Shown here piece by piece: positions 36,204-49,240 of a DNA stretch of 64,000 bases. The stretch comes from Isurus oxyrinchus. Lineage: Eukaryota. The stretch lies in NCBI GenBank assembly GCA_026770705.1, contig JANJGN010000008.1, forward strand, positions 72,292,001 through 72,356,000, in the 5' to 3' direction. A program made the position numbers and the translations under genes. Positions within the stretch are counted from its first letter, which is position 1; each line of letters opens with the position of its first letter. The notes under the pieces were generated by a model. The model made no database searches, had not been told where the DNA came from, and saw only the letters and a program-made list of their open reading frames with translations.

Positions 36204-37114
36204 TGTTATGATACAGCAGATAATGTGTGCCAGGCGGATCAAATCCAAGAAGGAAACTTGATCATGCGGTCACAATGGTTTTGCAATTTATATTTTATTT
36301 CAAGATATGTGCCCTGAATTCAGAAGTACTAAGTCCACTAAGACTTCAGAGATTTTTTTAGAAAATTAAATTAAACATTTATTAACAAAAGAAAAGATTT
36401 CAAGCACATACATAGGTCTACAAATTACTATTATAATAACTCCTAAAGCCCCTGATTAATCTGACTTCCATTATACCCCCATTAAAGTAACAGTAAAAAA
36501 ATAGATTTAAACAGATCCAGACAAGTCAAACATAATACCCTGGACAGGAGAATTCGAAGTGGCTTTTCCTAGCTTCAGTTTCTGTAGACAGCAGCTTAAT
36601 GCACAAATACTGGAGGTTTTTTTTACACTTCTGGTAGATCTTACAATGCCTTCCCTGACACACAGCTTCAATCTCCCGTACACATGTTTCTCCCTTTTGA
36701 TGTAAATCCCATTGTTCCCAAATGTCTTTGGAACTTTGCCTTTCTTATAATATAAATCATTTCATGGTGCTAATAGTATCTGTAGCCTTTGGAAAAAATA
36801 AACACACTGCTAGGCCTAGCTTCTCTGGCTGGGTGTAATATCCTACCATCTCCTTGAAATTCAAACTACCTTGATTTATCTAAAAATGCAAATTCTCCCC
36901 ATCTCACATTCCAAAACTTCAGCCATGTTTGCATATTTAACATCTCACACTTAGCTTCTTTTGATGAGTCAAAGCCTCCAGACCAGCTGTCTCCAATTCA
37001 ATTAATTTCCAACCCCTCCCCCCCACAAGCACAGAAACTATCCAAACCCCACTATTAACCTACTTCTACAATAAATCACAATAATATTATGAAAATTATT
37101 ATACTTTGGTGACA
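36204..37114 (-). mobile_element. Solo LTR nested in Gypsy integrase
   Basis: TGTTATGA..GGTGACA; perfect 5-bp TSD ACCAG (36199-36203, 37115-37119); integrase reads DNGTVFTS|TEFQRF across it. Confidence 0.9.
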
Positions 37115-37415
37115 ACCAGTACAGAGTTTCAGAGATTCATGAATTTAAATGGAATCAGACATATTAAAACTGCACCATATCATCCCACATCAAATGGTTT
37201 AGCTGAAGGAGTTGGGCATACTTTCAAATCTGGAATGAAGAGGTTATCCAAAGATACTCTAGAATCTCAACTTTCCTGCTTTCTTCTCAATTATTGTACA
37301 ATGCCTCATTCAACTACTGACTCAACTCCATCTGAATTATTGATGAAACATCACCTACATACAAAGTTAAATCAGGAATTTCCAAACTTAGAGGGGAATG
37401 TAGAGAAGGATCAGG

Positions 37416-38144
37416 TGTTGTGGGGAATTTTCAGTCAGGGAACATGGTTCCTTGACTGTGTGGTTGTTCTCCCTGACATTAGCTCGATGAAAAGGTATGT
37501 AGGGACAACTCCTTGGTGCCAGTGCTCGGACCCCTGTTGCTTGTGAGCCAACCTGGTTCAGTTGAGAACAATAGGCTGAGCTAGTTAATAATGTAAATCT
37601 GTGTAAGATAGGGACAGACGCTGATGTGGGCTGTATGTGTATTTTATGTGTTTAAAATAATTGGAATCGACTGGGCATTGTGAACACCCATAACCTTGTT
37701 ACAGGGGGGCAGTTAATGAGAGATGGATGTCTGTAAGTAGACAATAGTAGACTATCAATATTCATTGGAGTTCACCTCCAATGGCTATCAATACTTATCA
37801 GAGTTTACCACCGGCTGCATTGTAGCATGAACATGACTGTGTACAATCGTTAATATGAAATGGGAAGCAATCTCCGTGTATTGTTTACAATCTCTGCTTA
37901 TTGTTAGCCATAGCAATGAATGAAACTATCTTACTATAAAAACTGGATACATGCTTGTATTCATTAGATGTGACTCTGGTGTAGCCCACATCTCTCGTTG
38001 CAACGATAATAAAATCAACTGTGTCTTCGCCTCCAGCTGGGGTCTCGTGGCTTTCTCTTGTTTTCTCTAGGCCACACTAATTCAACAGGAAGCCCTCAGC
38101 AAATTAATAGACCCCAAGAAGTGTAATTGAGAAATCCCCCAACA
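37416..38144 (+). mobile_element. Second solo LTR nested in Gypsy integrase C-terminus
   Basis: TGTTGTGGGGA..TCCCCCAACA; 4-bp TSD CAGG (37412-37415, 38145-38148); AATAAA ~38008; host frame VEKDQ|DNQKLNHD. Confidence 0.9.
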
Positions 38145-39069
38145 CAGGATAATCAAAAATTGAATCATGATGTTCATAGCAAAGCTCGAAGATTTACTGT
38201 CGGAGACACAGTTTTCGTGCGGAATTTTGGAAGTGGACCTTACTGGGTTCTTGGTACACTTGTCTCAGAAACTGGTCCCTTGTCCTTCCAGGTGGAAGTG
38301 GAAGACCAAATTGTTCGAAAACATGTGGATAATCTTAGGAATAGGGAGACATTCCATCAACCAGCTATTCCACCTGTGATTAATGTCAAACCATTAATCC
38401 CTGAGATGACAGATCGACCTACAATAGACATGCCTGATGTCTCGGTAGAGTTGCCAAACCCTGAACTGCCACTTTCCAATGATTGTATCTGGTGCTGCAG
38501 TTCCTGATCATGTCGATCCAGTGGAAGAACCTCAAGTGGTAGGGCTACGCTGCTCTAACTGAGTAAGGAAACCACCTCAGAGACTTAATCTTTAATTACC
38601 TGAGTTGTATATATGTATGTGTTGTGGGTTGTTCAGATATTTCCCTGTAAATAGAAATTGTAAAAAAACTAAAAGGGGAGGAAATGTAGTAATTGAAGTT
38701 ACAGCCTTTTCTACTGCCTATCAGGATCATGTGATTGTTCTTGGAGACTCCGACCTTGGTTGTGATTTCTGCACTCTATTTGGTCAACTTTTTAAAATAT
38801 TGCCAATGGACAGTTAATTAACGTTAGTCATCTATGCCTCACATCTCACATCTTCACTCACATCTGGTTCTGATGACTTGTTTAAACTATTGTGTGTATG
38901 AGCCAAATGAGAATATATAAATGCTGGAGGGTCAAACCTTACATTAATACATAACCTGGGAGCAGTGGAAACGGGTTGGGGAATTGCACACGAAAATCAC
39001 TCTAAATGTGGGTACCACTCAGATAAGAGTTTTTTTTTATCAAAGTGCTGGAGACAAAGGGAAAATCTG

Positions 39070-39513
39070 GAGAAAAAAAAGTGACAGGTGGCATTCACAT
39101 TTTTGCTCAAACCTCGATCCAGGGCGGGATGAAATCTCCGTGGGGAAATAAAATAAAATGAGGTATCTGGGGACTGATTTTTTTTAATGAGGTATACTTT
39201 CAGGTGCTTGATTGTGCTATATTGACATATTTTGCAGCATTTTATTGTGTCCTTTAGCCTATGGAAGCCTGTAGTTCTCTGGGGCAGCTGTCTGCTTTCA
39301 GGGAGGTCTCTTGAAGCGCTCATTCACACTCTTGGTTACGTCAGTGCCTGCCCCCATTCTGGCATCACTGAGCATTTCAGTGCGTGTTTCACACTGGCTG
39401 GTCGTTAATTGGCGTGAAATCGTGGCCTGGGGCTGATCACGGCTGGTGGCTCATTTCTCGTCCGCTCTCAGGCCAGCCGATCATGCGTGCCCAACGACCA
39501 AAAAATTCAGGCC
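39070..39513. mobile_element. Partial Harbinger MITE (right part)
   Basis: AAACCTCGATCCAGGGCGGGATG motif shared with the 23567/27325 MITEs; right TIR AAAAATTCAGGCC. Confidence 0.7.
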
Positions 39514-41063
39514 TCTGTTACAGAGATATGTTGTGGTTATTTGCTACAGTGTTCTGCCTATATGTTGGCTGATGAGGTTGTGTTCAGGAGCCCACTATTC
39601 CACAACGATGTTTCAGTTGCTCTGTGAACTGGTAGGAATGCTTCTTGCTGATTCCCTGAGGTGAAAGGTCAGATGTGATGAGTTAGATTAAGGTTAGCCT
39701 GAGGGTGGCCAATGAACCAAAGTCAGGTTGCAATTTTGAGATATTAAACTTTAAAGATTTTCATTGTCAACTACTCAACATTAATTTTAAGCCACTCTCA
39801 CTGAATTATACCAGTGTAATATTTCCATTAGGGATTTATTTCTGTCAGGGGGAGTTATTAGGATTACTTTCCAATGCACGACCTAACAAGAAATTTGACA
39901 GCCATGTCAGACCACCCCTCTTTCATTTACAACGTTAGCTATCCTCTTGTCCCTTGACTGTTTTTACATCCAACACCTTCAGTGTAAACTGAAGATTAAA
40001 CAAATAATTTATGGTGCCTGTGTCAAACTGCATTTTTTAACACCTTTCCATGCTTATTTAGACAAATGACAGCTATCAGCTATGAATAACATACAATAAA
40101 ACTACCTCATCTACCACCATTAAGAAATTTTGTCTCTGCAAGTAAAGTAATTACTGACACTTACTGCCCAAGCTTTAACATGCAATTAAATACCTCACAT
40201 TTTAATTTTTCTTTAGGGATTCACTGGAATGTTAGAAATAATAACTAAATAGCTTCATGGGTAAAAACATGATCTATGATCTTTATTAGTTACTTGCTGG
40301 ATGAAATTACTGTGAATGTAATAATTTAGTGTATTAATAGTAGAGTATTTTCCCTACACTCTCAAAATTTCCTCTTGGGCCCAAACTATTCTATAATGCA
40401 CAGACCTACCATATTACAGAATATCTTAATTTACCTCTGCCTCTCTTGTAGTCCATTATAATTGTGGTATTAAGGTTGCGCGGCAGAGAGTGTAGAGCAG
40501 TAAAAAGGAATTGTAAAAAATGACCCAGTTGTTCTGGCCTGTGCAGTAGCATGGGTGCATTAGCCTATCTTGTTGGGGGCCGATCGCGGCTGGTGGCCCA
40601 TTTCCTGTCTGCTCTCGGGCCAGCCGATCGTGCATGCCTGACGACCGAAAAATTCAGGCCTCTATTACAGAGATATGTTGTGGTTATTTGCTACAGTGTT
40701 CTGCCAATATGTTGGCTGACGAAGTTGTGTTCAGGAGCCCACTATTCCACAACGATGTTTCAGTTGCTCTGTGAACTGGTAAGAATGTTTCTTATGATTC
40801 CCTGAGGTGAAAGGTCAGATGTGATGAGTTAGATTAAGGTTAGCTTGAGGGTGGCCAATGAACCAAAGTCAGGTTGCAATATTGAGATATCAAACTTTGA
40901 AGATATTCATTTTAAGTCACTCTCACTGAATTATATCAATATAATGTTTCCAGAAGATAGTTATTAGGATTACTTTCCAATGCACGACCTAACAAGAAAT
41001 TTGACAGCCATATCAGACCACCCCTCTTTCATTTACAATCTTTTATCTTGACTGTTTTTACAT
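39428..41063 (+). repeat. Local direct duplication of ~0.5 kb (39428-39969 and 40575-41063)
   Basis: Long colinear matches (e.g. TACAGAGATATGTTGTGGTTATTTGCTACAGTGTTCTGCC; GAGGTGAAAGGTCAGATGTGATGAGTTAGATTAAGGTTAGC), with small deletions in copy 2. Confidence 0.92.
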
Positions 41064-41339
41064 TTGTGCCCCTATAAAAAGGAGCAGATTGAAATTGTGC
41101 TTGTTGGGTGAGGTGATGCTTGTAATGTGCATCTCTACAAATAAATATTTACAAGAGTGAGTGAAAGATTTGGCTCCAGTTCTATCCTTCACCATGTGGC
41201 TTTCTGGATAATAACAAGGACCATCAGGATACAATGCTCACAAAGGCAATACACATTTGGAAGGTGGCAGACATATCTGACCAAGCTGAAGAAAATTTTG
41301 TGAGGAACATGTGCCTCATCAAGAAATCCACAGACGAAT

Positions 41340-42000
41340 AAATCAGAAAAAATTAACATCAGCTTGTTGCCAGCAACAGTAAACGTACACTCAACATTTT
41401 TTGTCACAGAGAATGGTATGGCATTTTGCTGGGATCACTCACTTTGTGGATTACTGCAACAGTTACCCAGCTCTGAGATGTCAGACTGGTGGATACAATC
41501 GGCTGGATTTTGTGGTAGAAATTATGGTAAGGCTAAACAATTGCTATTTATGTGTAAATTGGATGTCAACTTCCAGTGACTGCACTATAGTGGTTAAATG
41601 CATAATTCAGCAAGACGCTGCCTGAGATAACCTGCTCTCCCAAAACTGCAGAATAATGATATCTCACTGTCTGATATGGTGTTAAGTTGTTGTACAATCT
41701 TGACATATTCAAATTAAACACTCCACAGAAAGTTTGAACTTGTCCATTCTAGTGTAAGTACCCTTTTATCAGCATGATAAGTCTTAATTATTGTTGAATA
41801 ACATTACTGAAACTGAAAATTAACTTTCAGAAGTGTAGAACCTCATTCCTTCAGAAATACATGCATAATGGACAACTGGTGACATTTGTTGACTGCAAAA
41901 AGTGGCCTGTCAAATTCAGCATTCAGTTTCAGCAATAACAGGAGAGGCTTTTTCAAATTACAGAGGGTAATTGATTGCATTCATGGTCAACCTAACACTA
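41340..42000 (+). pseudogene. Ancient Harbinger-like transposase relic
   Basis: SDWW motif near 41480; GFFKLQRVIDCIH near 41946-41985 resembles GFPxVxGAIDxTH. Confidence 0.4.
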
Positions 42001-42129
42001 CCATTATCAAAGTTCAAATGTTTTTAGACTACTGGATAATTATTAATGTTATATAATAGAATATTAGTTATAAGATTACAGAATAGAATATTAATAGAAT
42101 AAATGGTCATTTGGTAGTACAGACCTTGA

Positions 42130-43285
42130 GTATTGCTGAAAAAAAAGACATGTCAAAGCTTTTTGACTTGCACTCATCAGGACACTTCGCAAGAATATCA
42201 ATACAAGGTGAAAACAACAATTTATACTGTATGGGAAGAGAGTGCTGATTGGTTGGCAAATGGACTCTGGTACAGGCATTGCTATGCAGAATGCACCAAA
42301 TTGATGATGACTAGTTAACTGCCAAGCATTGTTTGAAATTTAAACCAGGCAGATTGATCCTGATTGGTCAAGGCATTGCCTTGAGGAATGAGTCAGCAAA
42401 TGGCTGTCACTTATTTTGTTTAACTGAAATTGGTGCAATGGGTGTACATGTTCTTTGTGTCTGCAAAGAACAGAGCCCTGTGTATTAATATATGTAACTT
42501 CCAGTACACGCAAATATGCCACACTGCGAGCCCAACTGATAATCTTAAATTGGTCGTCAGCGTAATTCTTAGCAAACTGAGAATTAGTTAGCAAATGTTG
42601 TCCAATTGTGGAATCATATCTAATGTTGGACATTGTGTTTTGAATTTTGCAAGTCTGTACTTTACCTGTTGCATACTGCAGCTCAGACATGCTGTTTGAT
42701 ACAATTCGCCAATCTTTAGGTCTACATACCTAGCGTCACACTGGCACCGAAATTCATATACCACATTACTAATTTGTGTGATAAGTAGGATGCCTTTTTG
42801 GCTTGATGGCAATGCCCTATTAGTGGTGATTATCACTCATGTTGTTACTGCATAGTAGCAGTGTGAAACAGCCCGCTGCACCTGTTGCTCAAATTTTTGA
42901 GATACCTTGCCCTTTCAGGGTAACCTGAGGTAGACTGGGCACTTTTCAGGGCTGAAAGTGATGGCCTTGGACCTGTTCATGTGTTTGTGTGAAATATAGA
43001 GCAAAATGATCTGATCAGGGCAACCATTATCCAGCAAGATGCCTTTGATGCACTCTATTTCAACATCAGGCCTGTATGGTGAACAAATGACTCGGGTTCT
43101 ATTTACAAGGTTGCTGATAAGACGGATTTTATAGTGCGTGGATTCTTACAGTTCCACATGCTATAAGATAGGTCTTATCGGCAACCTTCCAAATAGGGCA
43201 TGGGCCGTTTGCTCACCATGCAATCTTGATGCTGAAATAGGGTGCATCAAAGGCATCCTGCCGGATAATGACTGCCCTGAATTAT
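42130..43285 (-). mobile_element. Old PLE of a different lineage (RT C-terminus + GIY-YIG), with fold-back at its 5' end
   Basis: SNVVYEFRCQCDARYV, DSTIGQHLL..FKII..LEVTYI..LC; YKIRLISNLVNR..ICSP..ILLDNG; inverted copy of ~43010-43139 at ~43140-43285. Confidence 0.82.
42151..42184 (-). ncRNA. Decayed minimal hammerhead motif at 3' end of old PLE
   Basis: TGTC-CTGATGA-GTGCAAGTC-AAAAAGCTTT-GACA: canonical CUGAUGA, stem I TGTC/GACA, palindromic AAGCTT; GAAA box eroded. Confidence 0.55.
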
Positions 43286-43734
43286 GAAGAACAGTAACGA
43301 TTACAAGGGAGAATTGTTTAGGGGGAGGGAGGAATGTCGGACATACTGCTCAGTGCAGAAGGGGAGGGGTGAAGTGCTAATCTGTAACTTTGTCAGCACA
43401 TCCTTGTATTTTATTCCTCCCTCAACAGACTTTGTGCAGTCCTGAAACTGAACTTTGTCTAAGCCTGATCTGTCCAGATTTGTCTATCTTTAGTTTTCAT
43501 AACAAATTAAATATTAATTAGAGTGAAGCAAATCCAACGTGTGGCTTAGGCTTAGATTTGTCCTTGTAAGAAATTTTGCTTTGCAGTGGGTAAATTGTCT
43601 ACCAATAACTGTGACAAGTTACCTCCTACACTATTTGGTCATCTTAACAAATAATGTTAGGTACATCAATTGTGTGCGCATTCCACTCAACTTTATGTCA
43701 TGGTTACGTTGAATATAAAAGTTAAACAACAAGA

Positions 43735-44205
43735 ACCTGCATTTCTATAGTGCCTTTAACATAGCATTAAAATTATCACTTTACACAAGCATTATCAAAC
43801 AAAATTTGGGACAGGTTACAAAGCTTGGTCAAAGAGGTAAGGAGAGTTTTTAAAAAAGGAGAAAGAGCTATCTCTATGTTTAGTGAAGGAATTTGAAAGC
43901 TTAGAGCCTAGACAACTGAAGGCATGGCTGCCAGTGATGGAGCAAAGAAAATTGCTGAAGTGCCGGTGGTCAGATTTGGAAGAGCGCAGAGATCTTGGAG
44001 GTTTAGAGCACTAGAGGAGATTACGCAGATGGGGAGGGGCAAGGACGTGGAGGAATTTGAAAACGAGGATGAGAATTTCAAAATGGAGGTATTGCCAGAC
44101 CAGGAGCCGGTGTAGGTCAGCGAGTACAGGGGTGGTGGGTGAACGGGACTTGGCGTGAGTTAGGAGCTGAGCAGTGACTTGGATGAACTCAAGTTTACAG
44201 ATCTA
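43735..44205 (-). mobile_element. L2-type LINE 3' fragment
   Basis: TTGCATTTCTATAGTGCC-like tail; reverse strand encodes ITPSP..PPPLYSLTYTGS..FKILILVFKFLH..PSPS, typical of the L2 ORF2 end. Confidence 0.65.
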
Positions 44206-44636
44206 GGAGGTGATCAAAGCTTAACAGAGGACCCACACATTTGACTAGTTTTGCATCAGATTTTTAAATCAAGCCTTTAATTCATGTTTTGAAAGGTAAG
44301 AAATTTCCATCTCAAAGAACCTGTGGGGTGAAAAAAAGGCTGTCCGACTGCTGTAGACGGAGTGTCATTGGGAGAATCAGCCATTGCCAGTGCACACCTG
44401 CCCCTTGTTGCTGCGTTTTTGGGCCATGCTCACTGATCCCTGAGCAGGTAGACTCCCATTTCACCAATAACACTCCTGAGCCTCCCCTCAATATCATACC
44501 TGCCTGAGGAGGAGTGCTATTGCAGTCCAATGCTTATTTTTGTTTATTTCTAATGGTATATGAGCATTACTGCCAAGGCCGACATTTAGTGGTGAGCAGC
44601 CTTCTTGTGGTGAAGCTACCCCTACAGTGATTTGTT

Positions 44637-47600
44637 TTTTTTTGAAAAATATATTTCATTCATAAAATATGTGAAAAAACATTACAAAACATTTCAAAAT
44701 AGCCATCCCAAAAAGTGCAACATTAATCATTTCAACCAGGTCATTATCGTGAGAGAGTGCTATGGTATTTAAGTTATCTACATAGATCATTGTTGCACTC
44801 TGAGGTGCTTCAATACAATTGTGATACATGCAGTATTCGCTGCATGCATTCAGTGTGAGTCTTACAACCTGATGGGTCTATAGAATTTCCAGTCCCTTGG
44901 CACACTATGGCTGAAAGCTCTTAGACAGTGACCTTTCCCCATTACGCCTTTACGGCGGCTGCCCCAAGCTTTAGCGCATCCCTCAGCACATAGTCCTGGA
45001 CCTTGGAATGTGCCAGTCTGCAACACTTGGTTGGGGATAACTCTTTGCACTGGAAGACCAACAGGCAGACCAAAGAACGTCTTTCACAGAGTTGATGATT
45101 CTCCAGCTGCAGTTAATTTTTGTCTCGGTGTGTCCCCATGGGAGAGTCCTGTGTCAAGGAGCCACTCGTGATGAACCTCAACAAAAACCACTGTATCCCT
45201 CTCCAGACCTTCTTTGCAAAGGTACATTTCACAAGGAGGGGAACAACGGTCTCTTCCCCACGACAGTCAACTCAAGGGCAACATGTGGAGGGGTGAGACT
45301 CCTGGGGTATAGGAAGGATCTGACGGGGAGGGCCTTTCTCACCACCAGCCAAGCTATGTCTTGGTGCTTGTTGCAAAGTTCTGGTGATGAGGCATTCTGC
45401 CAAATGACTTTGACAGTCTGCTTGGGAAACCATCTGACAGGATCCAGCATCTCCTTTTCCAGCAGGACCTCTAGGATGTTACGTGCCGACCACTGCCGAT
45501 GGACTTGTGGTCAAAAGTATTTCTCTGCATAAATTTTTCCACGAGGGACAGGTGGTACGGCACGGTCCAACTACTTGGAGTGTTCCGTGGCAGCGTGGCC
45601 AGACCCATCCTTTGTAACACCAGGGACAGGTAGAACCGCAGCACCTAGGGACACTTGGTTTTTGCATACCCAGAGTCTATGCACAGCTTGATGCAGCCAC
45701 ACACAAAAGGTGGCCATCAGGATGAGGGCGATGTTGGGTAAGTTTTTTCCCCCCTTTATCCAAAAGTTTGTACAATTTGCTCCTGCGAACACGATCTATT
45801 TTCACTCTCCAGATAAAGCAAAAGATGGCTTGGTTGATCGCCACTGTGCAGGAGTGAGGAATGGGCCAGACCTGCGCCACATACAGCAACACCGAAAGTG
45901 CCTCACACCTGATGACCAGGTTCTTATCCGCAATGGAGAGGGAGCGTTACCCCCATTGCTCAGTTTTCTTTTCACCATAGCCACTCGCTCCTTCCAGTTT
46001 CTATCGCATGTCCTGGTCCCTCCAAACCACATCCCCAGCACCCTCAGGCAGTCTGACCTGATGGTGAAGGGGCAAAGGATCGGTCAGCCTAGTTCCCAAA
46101 GAACATGGCCTCGCTGTTGCCACGGCTCCTGAGGTCAGTTCGAACTGGTCACAGATGTTGATCAGTTTGCACACCGACAGCGGATCTGAGCAGAAGACGG
46201 TGACATTGTCCATGTGCAGGGATGCTTTGACCTGAGTGTCTCCACTGCCTGGGATTTTCACTCCTCTTATGCCTGGATCCTGCCTGATGGACTCAGCAAA
46301 CACACAAATAGGACAGGGGAGAGAGAGCAGTCCTGTCCAACTCCAGATTTAATTGAAAAGTTTTATGATTCCCACCCATTGATTGAAACTGCACTACAGA
46401 TCTTTGTGTGGAGCAGTTGGATCCCAAACTCCAATTTGGAGAGTACGTGTAGGTGTGCGAAACTCTGTCAAAGACCTTCTCCTGGTCCATCTGATGAGGC
46501 AGGTGTCTACACCCCTGTCTCGTACATAGGCATTTGTATCCCTGAGTAGCGTGAGGCTGTCAGAGATCTTCCTGCCGGGAACAGCGCAGGTCTGGTCAGG
46601 GTGGATCACCAACTCCAGACTTGACCCCACTGGCGATGACCTTGGACAGAACCTGATAGTCCTCATTCAAAAGTGAGATAGGTCACCAATTTCTAATTTC
46701 CTCCTTTTCCCCCTTCCGCTTGTAGACGAGGGTAATGATGCCTTTCCTCATGGATTCTGACATACTGCTGGCCAGAAGCAAACTCTCGTACACTTCTAGC
46801 AGATCTGGGCCGATCTAGCCCCACAGAGCCAAATACAACTCAGATGGTAAGCTGTCGCTTCTGGGAGTTTTATTCTTCTTGAAGGACTCAAGGGCTTTAG
46901 TCAGTTTGTCAGGAGTTAGCAGTTTGTCCAGACTTTCCCGTGAACTGTTTTTTAAGAATTCCATGATAGAGGACAGAAAGGACTGGGAGGCTGTGCTGTC
47001 TGTGGGCTTCAGGTCATACAATCCAGCATAAAAGGATTTTCTGATTCTCAAAACATTACTGATCCATCTTCTTCCTTCAGGTTGCTGATCACAGAGCTCT
47101 CTATGTATCTTTTGGAAGAAGAAACGTGAACACGTCTCATCCTGCTCCACAGAGACTACTCTGGACTGGAAGATGATCTTGGAGGCCTCCAAGACAAAGA
47201 GTGAGGCTTGCTGGCTCTTTACCTCTTGGAGTTCCTCCTTGACATTGACCCCCATCGCTGCAGCTGGAGCAGGTTCTGCATGTTTTTCTGAAGTTGGCAC
47301 CTTTCCCTCTGTTCCTTTCTAGCCTTCTGGATGCCTTTGAGAATAAACAAACTTCTTGATGTTCTCCTTGATCACTTCCCACCAGTGTGTCAGGGACTCG
47401 GAGGGGTTTCATGGTTCTCCAACCTTTGCAATCCCTCATAAGTTCCTCAATGTTCTCTGGGGTCAGCAGTTGCAAGTAGTTCAGCTTCCAAGTCCCCCTG
47501 CCAAACCTCTGGTCTTTCTGTGAGTGATAGTTGGCCAGTAGGAGGCAGTGGTCAGAGATATTGGTGGATCTGACTGTGAATGCTCGGGACACAAACAGGA

Positions 47601-47924
47601 AATCTATTCTGGAACAGATGGACCCATCTGGCCGCAACTAGGTATATCTTTGTCTGCTGGATTGCTGAAGACGTCGTGCAGCTTGGCATCCTTTACTATT
47701 TCCATCAGGAATCTGGACATGGCATCCAGTCTGCTGTTGGCCCTGCCGGATTGTCCAGTCGCATCACCGATGCCACTGAAGTCACCGCCCAGAATGACTG
47801 ACCTGGAAGCTGCCAGCAGTAGTGGGAGCTGCTAAAGGACCGCCAGCCGCTTGCTGTTTTGAGCCGGGGCGTACATGCTATTTAACCGGAGCAGAGCATT
47901 CTTGTATGATACGCTTGCTATGAG
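44637..47924 (-). mobile_element. Tx1/L1-clade LINE, 5'-truncated ORF2 (APE + RT), decayed
   Basis: YAP..ILGGDF..SRIDFLFVS..SDH (endonuclease); HPDQTCAVPGRKISDSL..DQEKVFDRVSH..LSP..KASLHMDNVTVF (RT); T-tract at 44637 (poly-A on -); 10-bp TSD GTGATTTGTT at 44627-44636 and 47925-47934. Confidence 0.92.
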
Positions 47925-48889
47925 GTGATTTGTTATAGCATTTTGAACAACTGAGTGGCCAATTGCTGATCATTTCAGTGGGCAGTCAACCACTGCGGGT
48001 CTAGAGTCACATATAGAGTCATAGAGGCCCTTTGGCCCATTGAGTCTGCACTGGTCAGACAAGTACCTAATTATTCTAATCCCATCTTCCAGCACTAGGC
48101 CAGTAACCTTGTATGCCATGGCATCGCAAGTACACATCCAAATACTTTTTAAATGTTATGAGGGTTTCTGCCTCTACCACCCTTTCAGGCAGTGAATAGA
48201 CCAGGTAAGGACAGCAGATTGCTTTGTCTAAAGAACATGAATGAATCAGATGCGTTTTTACAACAAACAAATAGTTTCATGATAACCATTATTGATTTTC
48301 TTTCAATACAGATCTTTTCAGTCAATTAAATTTGCAAAACAAAATGCCCAGCTGCGATTTGAATTTTGTGTCTCTGGATTAGTAGATCAGGCCTTAAGAC
48401 TACCAGTCCAGTTACATGACTAAATGCTCCATCTGGTGCCATATGGTAGTATAGTAGAGAATAGAAAGACTAATTGTGCAGTCCTTCTGTGGGAAGTTGC
48501 TCTGTAGGCATCTCTAGTTCTGTCATTCATTCTGAGGCTGACTGAACTGTATATTAGAAACCAATAAACGTGGGGCATGGAATCCTTCACACCAGCCACC
48601 AGAATTGGAAGCTTCTCGACACACCCTTCAATAGCTTCAATAATTTCTTGTGCATCAAAAACATTTTTTTAAAACCTACACTCTGGAGATCAGAATCCTT
48701 GCACTCAGCTGTGGATGGAGGTGATCTTTAATCTTCAGCCAGATACCTTCTACCGCTCAGGAAACATCACCATCTACTCCTGTTACTCAGAGACTAACTG
48801 TCTAAACCCCTCATGATGAGTGACTCTTCATGTGGGTGTTAGGCATTGTGAGGCTGAATGACTTGTTTCCAGGTGATGCACTGCAGAAA

Positions 48890-49240
48890 CTCACCTATTA
48901 TGAACATTCTCAGCCAACTTTTTTCTGTTGATGAAACAGCAGTTCTCACTGCTCCCTGGCTTCCCTCACTGGCCCTGGTCCCCAGACTCAGTTATGGCAT
49001 TCTTAATGACAGTGGCAGGAGAGAATGGGCCTGGGATATTCTGTGTAATGTTGTGCTTATCCTTTTTCTTCTCATTGGAGGATGGTGTGGAATGTTTGAA
49101 GGATTTTTCAGACTGAATAACAACTTGTTGAGCTGTGTTGTGGACACTCCTACTGTGGTCATTAAGTCCTGAATTGGGACTTGAACCTAGGACTTTTAGC
49201 TTAGAGACAGGAGCACTAACCAACTAAGCCACAAGGCCTT
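48890..49240 (-). mobile_element. Deu-domain/tRNA SINE
   Basis: Reverse strand GTGGCTTAGTTGGTTAGTGC..GGTTCAAGTCCC tRNA-like head. Similar decayed copies near 25760-26120, 28670-29050 and 32800-33070. Confidence 0.6.

Larger units (their letters stand above)
34573..38595 (+). pseudogene. Gypsy pol remnant (RT thumb, RNase H, integrase), RT core missing
   Basis: LGMINYY..LVHYNPSKELVLT..SPYGVGAVL..YSQLEKEGL..; WWPDIDSDIE..C..CQ; FLLIVDAHSKW; DNGTVFTS; APYHPTSNGLAE; FTVGDTVFVRNF..TGPLSF. Confidence 0.88.
33296..38755 (+). mobile_element. Gypsy/Ty3 LTR retrotransposon (K02A2.6-like), decayed, with two nested solo LTRs
   Basis: 5' LTR 33296-33505 (TGTAGTAATTGAAG..GCA), primer-binding-site-like TGGTGACGAG, polypurine tract AAAAGGGGAGGAAA, 3' LTR starting at 38685 with the same TGTAGTAATTGAAG and matching to ~38755. 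Confidence 0.92.
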
